Below, in pieces: positions 36,800-50,479 of a DNA stretch of 64,000 nucleotides. A program made the translations under genes and the position numbers. Positions within the stretch are counted from its first letter, which is position 1. Every line of letters starts with the position of its first letter. Under the pieces are notes generated by a model, which was not told the DNA's origin, searched no databases, and saw nothing but the letters and a program-made list of their open reading frames with translations. This DNA comes from Octopus sinensis (taxonomy: Eukaryota): contig NW_021836289.1 of NCBI RefSeq assembly GCF_006345805.1, positions 124,001 to 188,000 of the forward strand, given 5' to 3'.

Positions 36800-37652
36800 G
36801 CCTAGAAAGCAAAGTCCCCATTAAGCCAATTGGGATCCTCCATTGCGGAAGGGACCTAGACTATAAAAAACCGAAATCCAAACAAAGTTCATATCGTACT
36901 GACGAGCATCCTGATTATAGGGCATATCCGACTCCTGTTCGTCCACATTTTCAACCTCCTCAACACGGTCTGTCTCCTCGACTTCTCTGTACAGAAACAT
37001 ATCGACCATAACATCCCACGGACTTTGTCTGCTCAGAACTCCCTTAATTCTGAGGAACTCTCTGGACAACAAATACCACATCACCCCAATAGACTCCCTC
37101 CCCTACACACTCACTATGGACGACAACCTTGTTATTGCAGGGAATAGCACAATCCACGTTATTGGGGTAGTTGTCACTGTCACAGAAAGCAATCACGATT
37201 ATCCCCCGCATGGAGGCTTCCTTAATACACTGATAATCCACTTGGGGATTGGCTACCACCAACACCAGGGGTTCCATGAATTGTTTCTACCAATAAGAAA
37301 CATTCCCAGCCTGTCCCCGATTGGTGAACGAGCCGGGAGTGAATCTCTGGACGACGGAGGCAGACCCCGTGTAGTGGGCAAACTTGAAAGCTGCTCGCTG
37401 GGCCAGAATGTTCCCCCCCACAGCGACGATATCCTTGGGGTTTTTGATGGCAACCATCAATCGAGCGGCGATTTGGATTTTCTCCCACATGAGGTGAATG
37501 TTTATTATGTTTGTCCCTTTTGATTATTAAAGTGAGTTACCGTCTGTGTTGGTGCTGTAAATGTACCTTTCCATTTGTTTGTTAATGCTCGGAGAGGCGA
37601 TGTGAGCCTTTGAAACGAGTATGAGTCTTACTTCCTCGGGAGTTATTTTCAT
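36800..37652 (-). CDS. RPSA: 40S ribosomal protein SA (uS2/p40), multi-exon
   Basis: QMERYIY..D|GTNIIN..WEKIQIAAR, RAAFKFAHYTG, RFTPGSFTN, EPLVLVV, AIPCNNK|GKESIGVMWYLLSREFLR, PWDVMVDMFLYR. The 3' end coordinate is approximate. Confidence 0.92.
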
Positions 37653-38773
37653 AAGATTAGATCCACCAGACATTTATTCTTATCTAGCTATAAAATGCGT
37701 GCAAACATTAAAGCAACAAGATAGAAATCAATTAACGTGTCTGATTTTATTTAAATTAAATTTGTTTTTAGTATTAAAAAAAACTTTAATTATTTATTGT
37801 CAATTTCTAGTTTTCTATCCATCTATTTTTTTCCTGTCTAATTATTTATCTTATCCACTTGTCTGTTCCTATTTTCATGTCCTTTTGCTTTTCCTATAAA
37901 TCTGTTAACTCTCGTGAATTGGGGCGGGGCGTTTCCTGCAGCCAGTTTTTTTTACCTTTCGTGTGTTAAACTTACTAAGCGCGACTTGGCCGCAATATTC
38001 TCATGGAAAGACTTTTATGCATTCCACACACGATGATCACTAAACCTATATCATCTGAAAAATCCTTAACTGACCGGCCTTGTTATTAGGCACAGGCATT
38101 CCTTATTCGCTTTTCCGGTTTCTGTAGAAATAAAATCATTCCGTCGCGGATTCCTAAATCAGGCAGAATCCAAGTGGCCAAATCTTTGGCTCTTGCAATC
38201 GAGCGATCTCTGGGCTCAAACTCGCCAGATGATTGATACAAGCTTTTCTCTTTTGTCTTCGTTTGTCTCGGAGAGTCTCCCAGTCACAACCACGGTGGCG
38301 GTCGCACGTCTCTTTCGCAGAATTTTAAATCAAAATTGTGAATTATTCGACAACGCTAAATTCGATATCAGCGTCATTTCTACTCAGTTAGTCAACTACG
38401 TTCAAAACACCCTGCGGCACCGGACGATCTATCCGAAATTCCTGAGTTGGTCACTGGTTCCGTTTGTAACGCATATTCCGTCACTTCAGCAGAAGTATCT
38501 GCTGCTCTCAGTTCTTTCCCCTCAGTAGCAGTGGTGGTATTGATGGTATGAAACCCATCCATCTCAGGGACCTTCTTTCTCCGGTAACTTTTGAGACGAG
38601 AGGACGCCTAATATTGGCTATCATGTGCCTATTTACAAGAATTATCTCTGGTGAGATTTCTCCTTTCGCAAAGGATTTACTTTTCTTCACAAATCTGACG
38701 GGTCTAGACAAATGTGATGGTGGAATACGACCCATTGCTGTTGGGAATGTCTTTAGACCCCTGGCGGCTAAAA

Positions 38774-39008
38774 ACGCATTTGTAAAACAGAGTGGATTAT
38801 TAACAAATACAAATCAAGGAAATAAGACTACGCAGTTTAGGACGCCCTCCCAGCCTCGCGGATTGCGAAACAGTTGCCACGGATTACAGCAATGGAGAGG
38901 GGTTGTAGAAGCCAAAAGGACTCTCTCGGCGATTCTTCTTCCCAAACCACGTAAAAAAACAAAGCGACTTGGAGGCAAAGACCCCAGAGGTCTCAACGGC
39001 AGTGGGCA
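38774..39008 (-). mobile_element. CRE 3'-end insertion, antisense inside another CRE, with 11-bp TSD
   Basis: TSD GGCGGCTAAAA at 38763-38773 and 39009-39019. The insert encodes PTAVETSGVF and LSIAVIRGNCFAI. Confidence 0.85.
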
Positions 39009-40038
39009 GGCGGCTAAAATTATTTGCCGTTCGGTAGTCTCTGAAGCAAGTGAACTTTTAATGCAGATCCAACTGGGTGTAGGTGTGAAAGGTGCTTGTA
39101 AAGCAGCCGCCCATGGTATACGGCAGCTGGTTTCTCCGAAAAATAATGGAATCCCTTTCCTCCTTAAACTGGATGTGAAAACGCATTCAATTCTATTCGA
39201 CGAAATCATATGTTAGAATCTGTCCGTAATCGTTTTCCTTCATTATATCCCATCGTACATCTATCATATGCCTCCCCAAGTTGACTCCTGTTTACTGACA
39301 ACGTTATTATGTCTGAATTGGGGATTCAACAGGGTGACCCATTGGGGCCTCTTTTTAGCTCATCGTATCGAGCATTTGAGCATCACCGCTTTTGACGACC
39401 TGATTATCCTCGGATCCCTAATCAGTGGGAAGGGTACTAATAGACTCTTGCTAACAAGAAAGAGGAAATAGAAATCCTCATTTCGCGTATATGTAAACTT
39501 CAATCACACCTGGGGCTTTTTCGACTTAAGAACTATCTCTTTATTCCGAAACTTACTTTTCTCATGCGCTCTACGCTCTGTTTCCTCAAACAAAAATACT
39601 TATCTCGCCTTGATAATCTGGTTTCCAAATCATTTGAACTACTGGTAAACCCCCAACAAGTGGGTTTCTCGGGGGCTTAAAGTCCCGGACATTCCATCTG
39701 TTCAAACCATTCCATCAGAAACTGGGATAATATATATTGTTCGCACATACTTGAAGATATCCGCTTACACGCCGACCAGTTTCAGTTGGCAACTATTAAT
39801 TGTGCCTGACAGCTACATTCGGTCGATTGGCTGAATGTGTTACCGATCTCGTCAGCCGGTATGTTCCTGGACAACGAATCAATCAGCATTGGAATTTGTT
39901 TACGGCTTGGCATGGAGATTTGCCAGCCGCACCATTGTAGATGTGGAAAATTCATCGACAGGAGGTGTTAACACCCTCTCTTTTGTCGCCTCAGTGCCGG
40001 CAAGATTCCCCTCAATATTAGAACCGGTTGGACTAGAC

Positions 40039-40989
40039 CAGGGGTCGGCAAAAGCAGGCTCGCGAGCCTTTAAAGGCTCTTTAACTCTTACGGTAGGCTC
40101 TTTCAATTTTTAACTATTTTTTTAATAAATGATTTCAATTTTAACTATTTTTTTTGTTTTGTTAATAACAAAAAATCTTTGCACGTTTAACATTAATTTT
40201 TTGTGGTACATCGATATATGCCTAGCAATAAAAAAATTAATAAAAAATCGATAATGCGCGATATTTTCAATCAAAATGGACTGAAACTTTTGCATTCACG
40301 TCTAATTCAGAACAACTACCGAAATGTCTCATTTGCCAGGAAAGTTTGAATCAAAATAAAAAGTCAAATTTAGAGAGACACATTAACACAAAACACTCAA
40401 ATTTCGCAAAAAAAATATCCAATTGGTGATTCCAGAAAGAAAGCTGTAGAAGAACTTGCAAAAAATAATCAGATTAAGAATTCCGCTTTTAAATATTGGT
40501 ATCACAATGCCAGGACTGCAAATATTGCCAGTTTTTTGATAAGCCACGAGATCGCAAAAAGGAGAAAACAATTTACCGATGGCGAATTTATAAAGGCATG
40601 TTTCATTAAAAATTTGCATACGGAATTTTGACAATATTCGGGTCCACTTATATGTGTGAACAAAGTTTTTCTCATATGAATTATATAAAATCGAAATTAA
40701 GGAACAAAATTACAGATTCGAATTTGGAATCTTATTTCAGATTAAAATTAACGACTTACGACCCAGACATTAACCAACTCTCCAAAGAAATGAGGAATCA
40801 CATTTCTCATTAATGCGTCTAATTAATTTAATTTTTTAAAATGAATTCTTATTTATTTTTTAAATTAATGTCTATTTAATTTTATGAATTTAAATTTTTG
40901 ACAAGTGGTATAAGGTGGCTCTTCAATTTTTCGAAATTTCCAAAAATGTTCAAAATTGGCTCTTCTCCAAAAGTATTTGCCGACCCCTG
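40039..40989 (+). mobile_element. Internally deleted Buster/Charlie hAT
   Basis: 14-bp TIRs CAGGGGTCGGCAAA and 8-bp TSD GACTAGAC. Remnants FTDGEFIK and FGSTYMCEQSFSHMNYIKSKLRN. Confidence 0.9.
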
Positions 40990-41840
40990 GACTAGACCGT
41001 GGGGACGGAAAACGTCCTGATGGGTCGACTTTATTCCCGTTCAGGGAGGGACTGGCACTCTTGTGGGATGTTACCTATGTCGACTTGTTTTCCTCTTCAT
41101 CGCTAATAGACTCTGCCTCTCGCCCTGGATCTTCCTCCGCTCTTGTTGAAATAAAAAAATCCTGAAGTATGTTTCCTTAACCGACACTTGTTGCTTCATT
41201 CCTCTGGCTTTCGAGCACAGTAGAATAATTGGACCCAAAGGGCTCAAACTCCTCTCAGAGAATGGTTTAATCATCTCGAGGAGGAGTCACGACAGTCGTA
41301 AAACGAGCTGGCTTTTTCAGCGGATATCGTTCGCATTATTACGTGGAAATTGCCTGTCCATCCGCTCGGCGACTCATCTAATTTAGTTAACTTCTCTTTA
41401 AAAACTAATTTTTCAAATAAAAAAATTCGCCAAGTTTCCAGACTTTGGGGTCTAGCCAGAGACGCCAAAATTAGTCGTTTTAATGAGTTTTTGATTGTCA
41501 CTCGTGACTTCAGACTTGTCGATTTATTTAATTAAACAGTCAATAATCTATTTGTTGAGGAAGCAACTTATATTATTACCACGGAGAAAATCAAATAAAA
41601 TCTCTTAAAATTCGTCAGCAGATCTTGCCTTAATCTCCAAAAAACTCCTGGAAAGAAGAATATTTTGTATTTTGGATCTCCTGGAAGAAGCGTATTCCGG
41701 AATCACTGTTTTGAAGTTTAGGAAACTAGGAGAGAAATGAGAAACAATTCGGTCAGCAATCCAAAAACTAAACCTTAGACAAAGTACAATCTGAACATCT
41801 GAACATTTTATACAACTATTTTTATTAAAATGACACATTG

Positions 41841-42914
41841 TTAAAAATTAAGATCTCGGTAGAAATTCATATTGGGATAGTTCTGGAATGTCTGATCAGG
41901 AGTTTGGAAATGCATTGAAGGAGGAAACAGCATTTGATTTGTTGGCTCCCTCAACATACTTTCTGGATAATATTCGTTTCCATAGTGTTGATAATCTGTT
42001 ATAAATAATGAAAACAAACTATTTCCAGGTGTGTTATTCTGGAGGATTTGTGGCCTTTGATTAAACTGATGTTGGTAGATTCCAACTTCTGTGTTATCAG
42101 GAGGTTGATTAAGGGGTAGGAGGCTCGAGTTGCTCGGGTTGTTTTTCCGTTCCTTGGACCTTCTGTTTTGAAACCAGACCTAACACTAGAGACCTCCATC
42201 CTGACTTGGATGACGCGAATTGTTAGTCCAGTCAATTTACTCATTTCTTCCAATATATGACGTGATGGCTTTCTTTCACTTTCGTACAATTCTGTAAGTA
42301 GCCCAATTTGGTGTGGTTTGATCGATGTCCTTCGTCCTCGTTGTTTGGATTTTTGAAGGTTTTTATTGGCTTCATGATTGGCCTGAACTTCCTCACTAAT
42401 GGATCTAGGCTCTTCAGGACTCCCATTCGCTTCCGAACAAGAATTAGGGGACTTTGAGATGCCTTCCGATTCCCCAGTGTTTTCAGTTTTTACTAAAAAT
42501 AACTCGATTACCAAACATGTATTTTTGTGAAAATAGTCCATGCAGTAAAGTGTGGATTTATCAGCATAGGAGAATGAGTCCCCAGTTTTGAGTCTTTTGT
42601 TACAACACCGACACTTGAGGCATTCAACATGATACATATGTGACATGATGATATACACAAACGTATTTAGTTCAATTTGGACGTTACACAACGGACAAAT
42701 CCCATAGAGCCTACAAACTAAGATTTTAATAAAACATTGCATAGTCGTTAAAACAGTAAATCCCGTTCCTCACATAACAAACATTTGTGAGTACTTGAGA
42801 ACACTTAGAGCACTGGAGACAGTTAGTGTGAAAACATGAGTCCATAACACGCAAATGTGGGTGTTTTGTATTAATTACTTCTTGACATTTGGTACATTTC
42901 AGTTGACCATCCAT
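41841..42914 (-). CDS. LHX1: LIM-homeobox transcription factor, Lhx1/5 (Lim1) group
   Basis: Two LIM domains (CxxC..HxxCxxC). Homeodomain RGRRTSIKPHQ..KPSRHILEEMSKLTGLTIRVIQ|VWFQNRRSKERK carries the Lhx1/5 signature KP(T/S)RHI and RRSKER. Confidence 0.85.
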
Positions 42915-44019
42915 GCGGGGAGAACAACTAAAAACAGTAATGATAACTGCGCTAATTATTTAATGAAATATCAGAGCGGAGTCTACGCTGAAAGTCGCCC
43001 TTTGATACGGTTTTAAGCGACGCCGCAGGGGAGTGCAGTCAGATTAAAAAATACAATAAAATATATTTGAGATTAATAAAAACAAGTCATTTCCGACTAC
43101 TAGTGCGAAGCATCCAATTTACTTTTAAGTACCACTCAATACCAGGCTAAAACCAAAGTATATATCTAACCACTGAAAATACAGTTTCCAACAGGCGTTT
43201 TCCAATCGGGGTGTTTGAGAGTAAATAGTACCAAGTGGGTTAATCACTTAAGTTAAATTTTCAAAATCATGGCATTTACAAAAGTCAATTTTATAATTAT
43301 ATAAGTCATTATATGCTCGAATTGAGTTGGAAGTTTAGTAAATTGATTTTTTGAGTTTTTGACTAAAATCACTTCTTTTAGAGAATAAATGAAAATTTAA
43401 TAATTGACTAATAATATAATCAATAAGCATCTGCAAGAATTTTTTTAACAAAATAATTGTAATTTATTAGAAGTTAACAAAGCCATCCATCTGCAATAAT
43501 TCTTGTACATAAAAATGGAATTGATTATAATCAAGGAAATAATTGTAGTATTTCCAGACAATTATGTACGTGAACTATAATTTAGAGACAGTTATAAAAT
43601 AACTCGATTTTTGGCACGTAAGTAGTTTACTAAATTTATATTTCAGAAATCGATTATTGTACTAATTATGCCATAGAAATATCATTTTTCGAATGATATT
43701 CCTTAAAAATATTTTGAGTCAAATCAATTATTTGCACTTCTCATATAAACCAGATTCTCAAAAATGTATGTACCTGTCAGTTCTAACCCATTTTACCCGT
43801 TAAAGGAAATTTGCCATATTAGTTCTTATTCTTTTTAATGCAACCAGCGAGAGTGTTATCCGATGCGTCGATAGTAGGATAGTACAGTCTAACACCGGGG
43901 TGGAGCACCAAAGTGCCCCAGAAAGCGGGGGTGCCTTTCCAAACAGGGGTCTGGTTTAACTATTGAATTATAGTTCATTTAATGAAGCTATGAGTAACAT
44001 CAATTGTGCCATATCTAAC

Positions 44020-44460
44020 GTAATCGTGAATAAGGCTCTATTTGTATTTCGTTTATCAGAAAAAGCTTTCAACTCATGAGTCTCTATGTCACCGCAGGCA
44101 AGAAAACAACATGTTTAAGTTCAATCACAGCCTTTTCTATCGGTAGCTGCACGGAGAGATGAAGGAGGATACCTAGCAAAAGGCCGAAATGCTTGACACA
44201 TGGTGGAGTATTTCTTCAAAGGTGTGTCTTTTCAGTTCGGTGGATCCGATTTATATTGTCTCTGACATCCTCAAGAAATTCGATGCGGGAGTGACGCGTT
44301 TTTCTGACTGGAAGACACCTGAGGTCAATAAGGTGTATAATTTCTTTATAAAAAATTGTAAGCCAATCCATGATTGGATGTGTCGAGCAATCGAACAGTT
44401 TACATTTGACTCTGGCTCGATTCCAGAGTGTTTGTGTAATGGAGACATACTTACCGCCAA
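44020..44460 (+). mobile_element. R4/Dong-like RT relic
   Basis: FSDWKTPEVNKVYNFFIKNCKPIHDWM..GSIPECLCNG resembles the R4 pre-RT region. Confidence 0.5.
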
Positions 44461-46170
44461 AAAGTCGAAAGATTTGAAATAAATTTTCGTGGAACATGAA
44501 AGTCAATAAAGAACAGATACTTAAAAAAATTAGTTATGCAAATGAAAATAAGTTTGAACGTTTATGAGCCACGTGGAAGAATTAAGCTTTAATTTGCATT
44601 CTTTATCTTGCAGCTTTAGAATTTGTCAGATTTTTTAGCGTTTTGCCAAATCCGTGACAACCAAAAGCTCAAAAAGTCTTTATTTTTTAGTTTCGTGGAC
44701 GGATTGATTGTAGACTCTCACTATTTCAAGTTTTTTAGCACCCAAAATTTCCATCTGATGCAGTTATAGATAGATTCATTGTTTTAACAATTGAGTAATT
44801 CTGTTGAGCCGTAAATGGTAACTGTCAATAAACTATGTAATTTTTCACGTCCAAAGAGATTAAGATTGTGCTGAGCCTAATTTAAATAAACAAATACTCC
44901 ACTTCAATGAATTTTAACCAATTTTGAAGAAACGCGACGTTACGCGATTTTTCTTAATACAGTTAAATCCTGGGATAAAGATATTAGATAATTCAATTTT
45001 GTCAATATTTTTTTCGCCATGTCTTTGATAAATGTATTCAAAATAAAATAGGAATCTCCCCCCAAACGACGAAAAGCATTGAAAGTTAATTCGTAAAGTT
45101 TTTCACTTGATTTATTTCATTAGAAGCTGATTCAACTTTATCTATTTGAATTTATCTATTAATTTTTGTTTCAATAGAAATCTGTTTTCAGTCGATTCTC
45201 CTCCTCTTCGAGCCCGAGCAAATGTCTTCGACGGGTACATTTATCCATTTTACAGAACAGGCCACTTTTGTTCTCGAGTCTGATTTAATTGCATACTTTG
45301 CCGCTGTAGGAAGGAGTTTATACTCCGGGCACATGCTTTCCAATGTTCTCTTGATCACGATTGACTGGATATAAGCTCGCGTAGATTAATGAACTTGTAA
45401 GAAGTTCTGGAAATGCTTATAGAATTTGGATGTTATTCCATCACCTGCCAACAGGTCGTATTTATGTAATTTCTCAACTTCCACATGTTTCAAAGATTGT
45501 TAAAAAGTAATCCCAACTTTGATCAGCGTAATCATGTTCCGATGATGTAATAATATTAAAATAAATTAGTAATGTGCCCGATACTGGGGTTTTGATAATT
45601 TGCAATTATTGATGGAAAACGTACTAAAATTATCCAAAAAGTAAGGGTCCCCAAGGCAAAGGTTTATTTGGCAGTCGTATCGTATAAGAGTCGGAATCAT
45701 TTAAAGCGAATTTCCTGCATATTTTCCGATTTATGGCATTTTTTCATATTTAAAGAATCATCAAGTTGGCCATATACCCAATAAATTCTTTTTTCGAAAG
45801 TTTAAAGAATTGGGAGAAGATTCCAGCATGATAATCTTTTTTAAAAATATTGTATTAATAAGTTTTATGCAATAAAAAATTATGTACAACAAATATTTTT
45901 TAAAGTCTTAGAAAGTTTTCAAGCATTAATGCGGAGTGCGAAAAACATTCGTGGATTTGGTGCTAGTACTTTTCAACACGTTTTACTATTGATATAAATA
46001 TTTTTATAACAATTTATGTGATTTAAAAGAATTAACATAATACTTATTTTTGTTTTATCAATGTTTAAACAAAAATTAATAAATTTAATACAGGTTCAGT
46101 CGAGCTTGGTTGTTGTATTGCTCGAACTATCAAATTTAATTTATCCACAAGATATATACAATTCACATAT

Positions 46171-47861
46171 ATGAACAACAAAACTAAAAGATCTTCCATA
46201 AGTCCTCTAAATATCCCGACTTCCCCTCAGAAACGACAACCTCTTACAAATTCTCTTTCAATACTATTAAACGAGATAATCCCAGCAATCATCAAACACA
46301 CCCACTCCAAACCCTTCCGATCTCCAATAGATCCTATTCTTGTCCCAGTTTTATTCACAAATGTTTATTTTTAAGGATTACACAAAAGTGATCTCCCAAC
46401 CAATGGACCTCTCCACTATCTCCAAGAGACTGTCCAAAGGCTGGTATTCCTCGGCCTCGGAATGCATCTCGGACTTTAAACTGATGATCTCGAATTGTCA
46501 AAAGTTCAACCACCCCTCTGACGTAATTCCATCCCCCACATTTCAGATTATATCCAAGCTAGGCCGCTCGATAGATGTCCATTTTGAGGAATTGGTCGAG
46601 GGACTGCCCAGGTCTGAACACGTGGTTGGGGACAAACCCCCTCAGCAATCCGAGAATATCAAGCGAGGGAGCAATCGGTGTAGAGAAGTCGTCAAAATGC
46701 TGTTGGACAATAAGAATAATGTTTATTGGTGGTGAGGGAGTCCTAGGCGGTGACGAAGCACTTTATGGAGCCTGTGGATCTCAACAAATACCCGGACTTT
46801 CCTTCCTTGATCAGCATTCCTATGGATCTTGGCAAAATTCGACAGACTGCCATGAATGGGGGATACTCGGCAGTTTCAGATTTGGTGCAAGATATGAGAC
46901 TTCTTCTAACCAACTGCTATGTATACAACATTCCTGGTTCTGATTTGTATGAAGATGGGGTCCGTCTGCAGGCTGAGTTATCAATTTGATTTTTAGAAAT
47001 GTTTTGAGAAAGTTCTGAGCAATTTGGGACTCGATAATTTAGGCAAGTTCAAAAGTATGGAGAACAAGTTGATTACCCTCACAAACAAGCTGGATGTGAT
47101 TGCATCCCAAGTGTCTTCCCTGAGTAAGTCTGCCAAGCCTACTGCAATTCCTCCCTCCCCGAAGAAAAGGAAACGAACTGTCGTCAAGTTAGTGACAACC
47201 AATTTTATAATCATAGGAAGGTTCTGCCCACAATCGAGAAGCGACAGAACAAGAAATATTCCTCGTCAGACCGACGAATTCTGTTGAATAAACTGAACAA
47301 ATTTATACCACGTGATAATCCATGTGTTATTTGTTAGGACGGGAAATTGACCGAATGAAAATGCTGGGTTTGTTTGGAGATGTGGTGGACGGTCAGCCAC
47401 TGAACATTGACACCCTGGACGAGCACAGATTAAAACTGATTGAGAAGCAAGTGGATGAGTTCATTAATCACCACAAACAGGGTGGACAGTTTGAATAACC
47501 TTTAGTATCTCCTCCTGTCAAGAAACGATCATTTTTACCAGCTACTGGTAAGGAAGACGACCTAGAAAGCCTATTCCGCCCGGAAAATCTGCCCGCCCCG
47601 GTGTGGCCCAAAATGGTCATTTCCCCACCGACAGAACACAAGCCGGGAAATGTCGCCAAGAAGCAGTCCAAGAATATTCCTCCTCCAAAGTGGGAGTGAG
47701 TGGGTGACGTTGGCAGGGAGGAGTCTCTCCTAGACTCGATATTGAATCCCTCTCCAAACGAGGTCCCCATGCCAGGTGTGATCACAGCCGAACAGCGATT
47801 GGATTGGGACAGGCGTAAGCTCGCTGATAGGCAGAAAAGGAATAGTCATAATGTGAGATAA
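46171..47861 (+). CDS. BET-family protein (two bromodomains + ET domain), compact
   Basis: BD1 PFRSPIDP..|DYTKVISQPMDLSTI..NCQKFN; BD2 FMEPVD..PMDLGKI..NCYVYN; ET-like LNIDTLDEHRLKLIEKQV. Confidence 0.85.
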
Positions 47862-48258
47862 CCAAGTTTATTGATAGGAAATGTATGGAGTTAATTTGAT
47901 GGAGCAATACGACCTTTTTTTATTGATGGAAGAAGAACTTGTTGACTATACTATTGTGTGACAATATTTCTGTATAAATACTTTTTTACCAATCAACTCT
48001 GTTTTTCTATTGATACTGATTATTTCTATAAAAATTAGATTTATCTAAACCCAATTAATATTGGCATAGATTAGAATCTCTCTTGGTAGCCCCTTTTTTG
48101 ATGCTAAGAATTTGTCCAATTTGACGACAGTAACTAATCCTTGGCATATTTTCTCATTTGATTCCTCTTCAATAGTTGCTTCCTATCACCTTGTTCAGAT
48201 TTTTCTAAAAATTCTATTAGATCTTATTTTCCAGTATATCCATAATGCTTGAAGAATT

Positions 48259-48298
48259 TGGCAGTTTAGCGAAGCTCTGGGTTCGAATCTCACTGCTA
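48259..48298 (+). other. tRNA-like remnant (acceptor stem + T-loop only)
   Basis: TGGCAGT...ACTGCTA can pair (7 bp) around GGGTTCGAATCTC. No D or anticodon arm. Confidence 0.3.
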
Positions 48299-48973
48299 TC
48301 ATTCCGGCTGAAGGTTCCATGCATTACATGCACCCAGGATTGACGAGTGACGCCGTCATCAGTGATTTCACTGCGGAACCGGATGTCTACATCAGCCACA
48401 GCACGAGAGAAAAATAGATGCGGGGGGACAGCTCGTTTGGATTCGTTCGTTTGGATTAGTTAGTTCCTAATAACATGTTCTCTCTTTCTATCTTGATCTT
48501 ATGTGGCTGGCCAGTGCGAGATTTCACATTAAGTTGCGATCTTGCGGACGTGCCTCTATTATTTATTATTATCCATAATCAACAAATTCATTATAAGATA
48601 TTGGATTATTTTTGTAGTTATTAGATTCACTGTTGAGTGTGATTGTTTCACATTTTATCTATTAAGCATGACGGAAACATTTTTAAGTGATCGTAGGAGT
48701 TACTTTATTTCAAGCAAATAATTTTAAAGGTGATTGTATTAATTGGATCATGACAATTTTTTCTGCCTCAACTTTTCTCCTTAGAAAGACAACTATATTT
48801 TTCTTTTTTTTTATTTTCTCGAATGTCTTCCATTATATTAATTCAGTGGGAATACGGCGACGATGACAATCTATGCTTTGTGACAAGAACCAGTGGGTTT
48901 TCTTTTTTATTCATTCATATTCATTTTAAGCAAAACTCTCACTCCCCATTTCAAGTATTGCTAATTCAAAGTA

Positions 48974-49460
48974 CAGTCAACCCTCCTTAATCCGAAAAAT
49001 TCAAATCGACTTTCCCTTCAAATTATGAAGGAATCTAAAATTTATATGATTTTTAGATAAATGATCAAATTATTAATCTGTTTATAAACACAATTATTTA
49101 TTGAAAAAACAATTTGAATTGCATCAAATAAAGTGGTTGGGCTAATATCGTAACTCTCATCCACCTGGCCATCTCCAGCATTAAGTATGATATCTTCAAC
49201 AGTGTATTCTTCTTGAAACAGTGTAATGATTTCATCGTCATCAATGACTTTTTGTGCTTGAACCATATCTTCGTGAATCATAATTTGGTCTAGCTCATTA
49301 TTATGCATCATGCATTTAAACAAATAACTGGTCATCCAAGCTTTCGAATTTGCATAATAATGAGAGTATTTCCAACATTGAATCCTTTGAAACATCTTGG
49401 TTTATTGCTGTATCCAACAACAAAAGGTGTCATTTTAATTGATCCACTTATATTAGAACA
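48974..49460 (-). mobile_element. Degraded Tigger relic
   Basis: TA+CAGTCAACCCTCC end; YYANSKAWMTSYLF and PRCFKG remnants. Confidence 0.65.
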
Positions 49461-49469
49461 TAAAGCAAC

Positions 49470-50040
49470 AGTTATTTAAACTTTAGATTGTTTTACGCCC
49501 TTCCTTCGGCTTAATGAAATCGTTCTTGTAATTTTCTCCATTATCTTCGATGTAGAACAGATTTGGCTTATAGGCCTATTAGCTCGAGGCTTCTTCTTTA
49601 AGTTTCTTAGGTTTTCGAACCATTCGAACTTCGGTTTTTTCCCATGACTTTGGAACAAATCCTCTCTAGAGGCTGGAATTAAGAAGTTATGAACAGTCCT
49701 AAGAAATCATTTCCTTGGCATGAAAAATAATTTGGTTTTTCCGATGTCCAGAGGTCAAAACCAACTTGATCAGATAGAATCCGCAGGATTTTTCCATCTC
49801 GATTTTCTTTTTGACAGCCAAAAGATAGGCATTTAGAGTTTAGATCTCCAGGCAATTAGTGCAAATTGGCTGCATTTGAAGAAATCAGCAATTGAGTTTT
49901 TGTTTTCAGCTAGTTTCTTAGAGTACATTCCCTCAATCAGAATCCACACTTGTCCACATAATAACTCGAGAGACACAAATTCACAGATGGTTTCATTTTC
50001 TGTTCTCAAGTTTCTGATCTTCAACCCATTCATTTAGTTG
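49470..50040 (-). mobile_element. Decayed APE-type LINE relic
   Basis: RPISQICSTSKIMEKI (RT start) preceded by decayed APE-like sequence. Confidence 0.55.
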
Positions 50041-50479
50041 ATGGCCGTACAACCCCACCATCTCCCCACGGGACACCATATAAAGTATAGCCATGTTTTA
50101 ATTTTGACTCGTATACTACTAAGATATCCGGCCGATGGAAAGCCACGAGCCATATTGATCTGGCGTTCACGAGGATGACCACAAGAGAGACTGTCTTCCC
50201 CCAGCAAGAACAGAAGTAATCGAGTTCAATATATTACCAAGTAACTAAGAAATGGTTAATTTGTTAAAGAACCCTCGTGACTAAATTTATTCACATATCC
50301 ACAACAAGTTAGACTGACAGTTGAGCCTAGGAAATTTCCCCTGAATAATCAGACCGAATCATTTGGTCCTCATCTTTTATTTTTTTAAAATTCCCAATAA
50401 TTAACCTATGTACTAATTAAGAAAATATTAGTTTATATTAAGAAAAGTCTCAAAGGTATGTTTGCTACGAACGACCCAC

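Larger units (their letters stand above)
38040..41420 (+). mobile_element. Near full-length decayed CRE retrotransposon, twice interrupted
   Basis: SGGIDGMKPIHL, DKCDGGIRPIAVGNVFR..AAK, QLGVGVKG, QQGDP, LEPVGLD[hAT][19 protein letters not shown]. Confidence 0.85.

Noticed and set aside
42998-43006. TCF/LEF-like site CCCTTTGAT upstream of Lhx1/5
   Set aside because: A single short motif is expected by chance, and there are no conservation data.
45150-45850. Minus-strand coding-like stretch with DLLAGDG, reminiscent of a methyltransferase motif
   Set aside because: I could not assemble a consistent spliced ORF or a second supporting motif.
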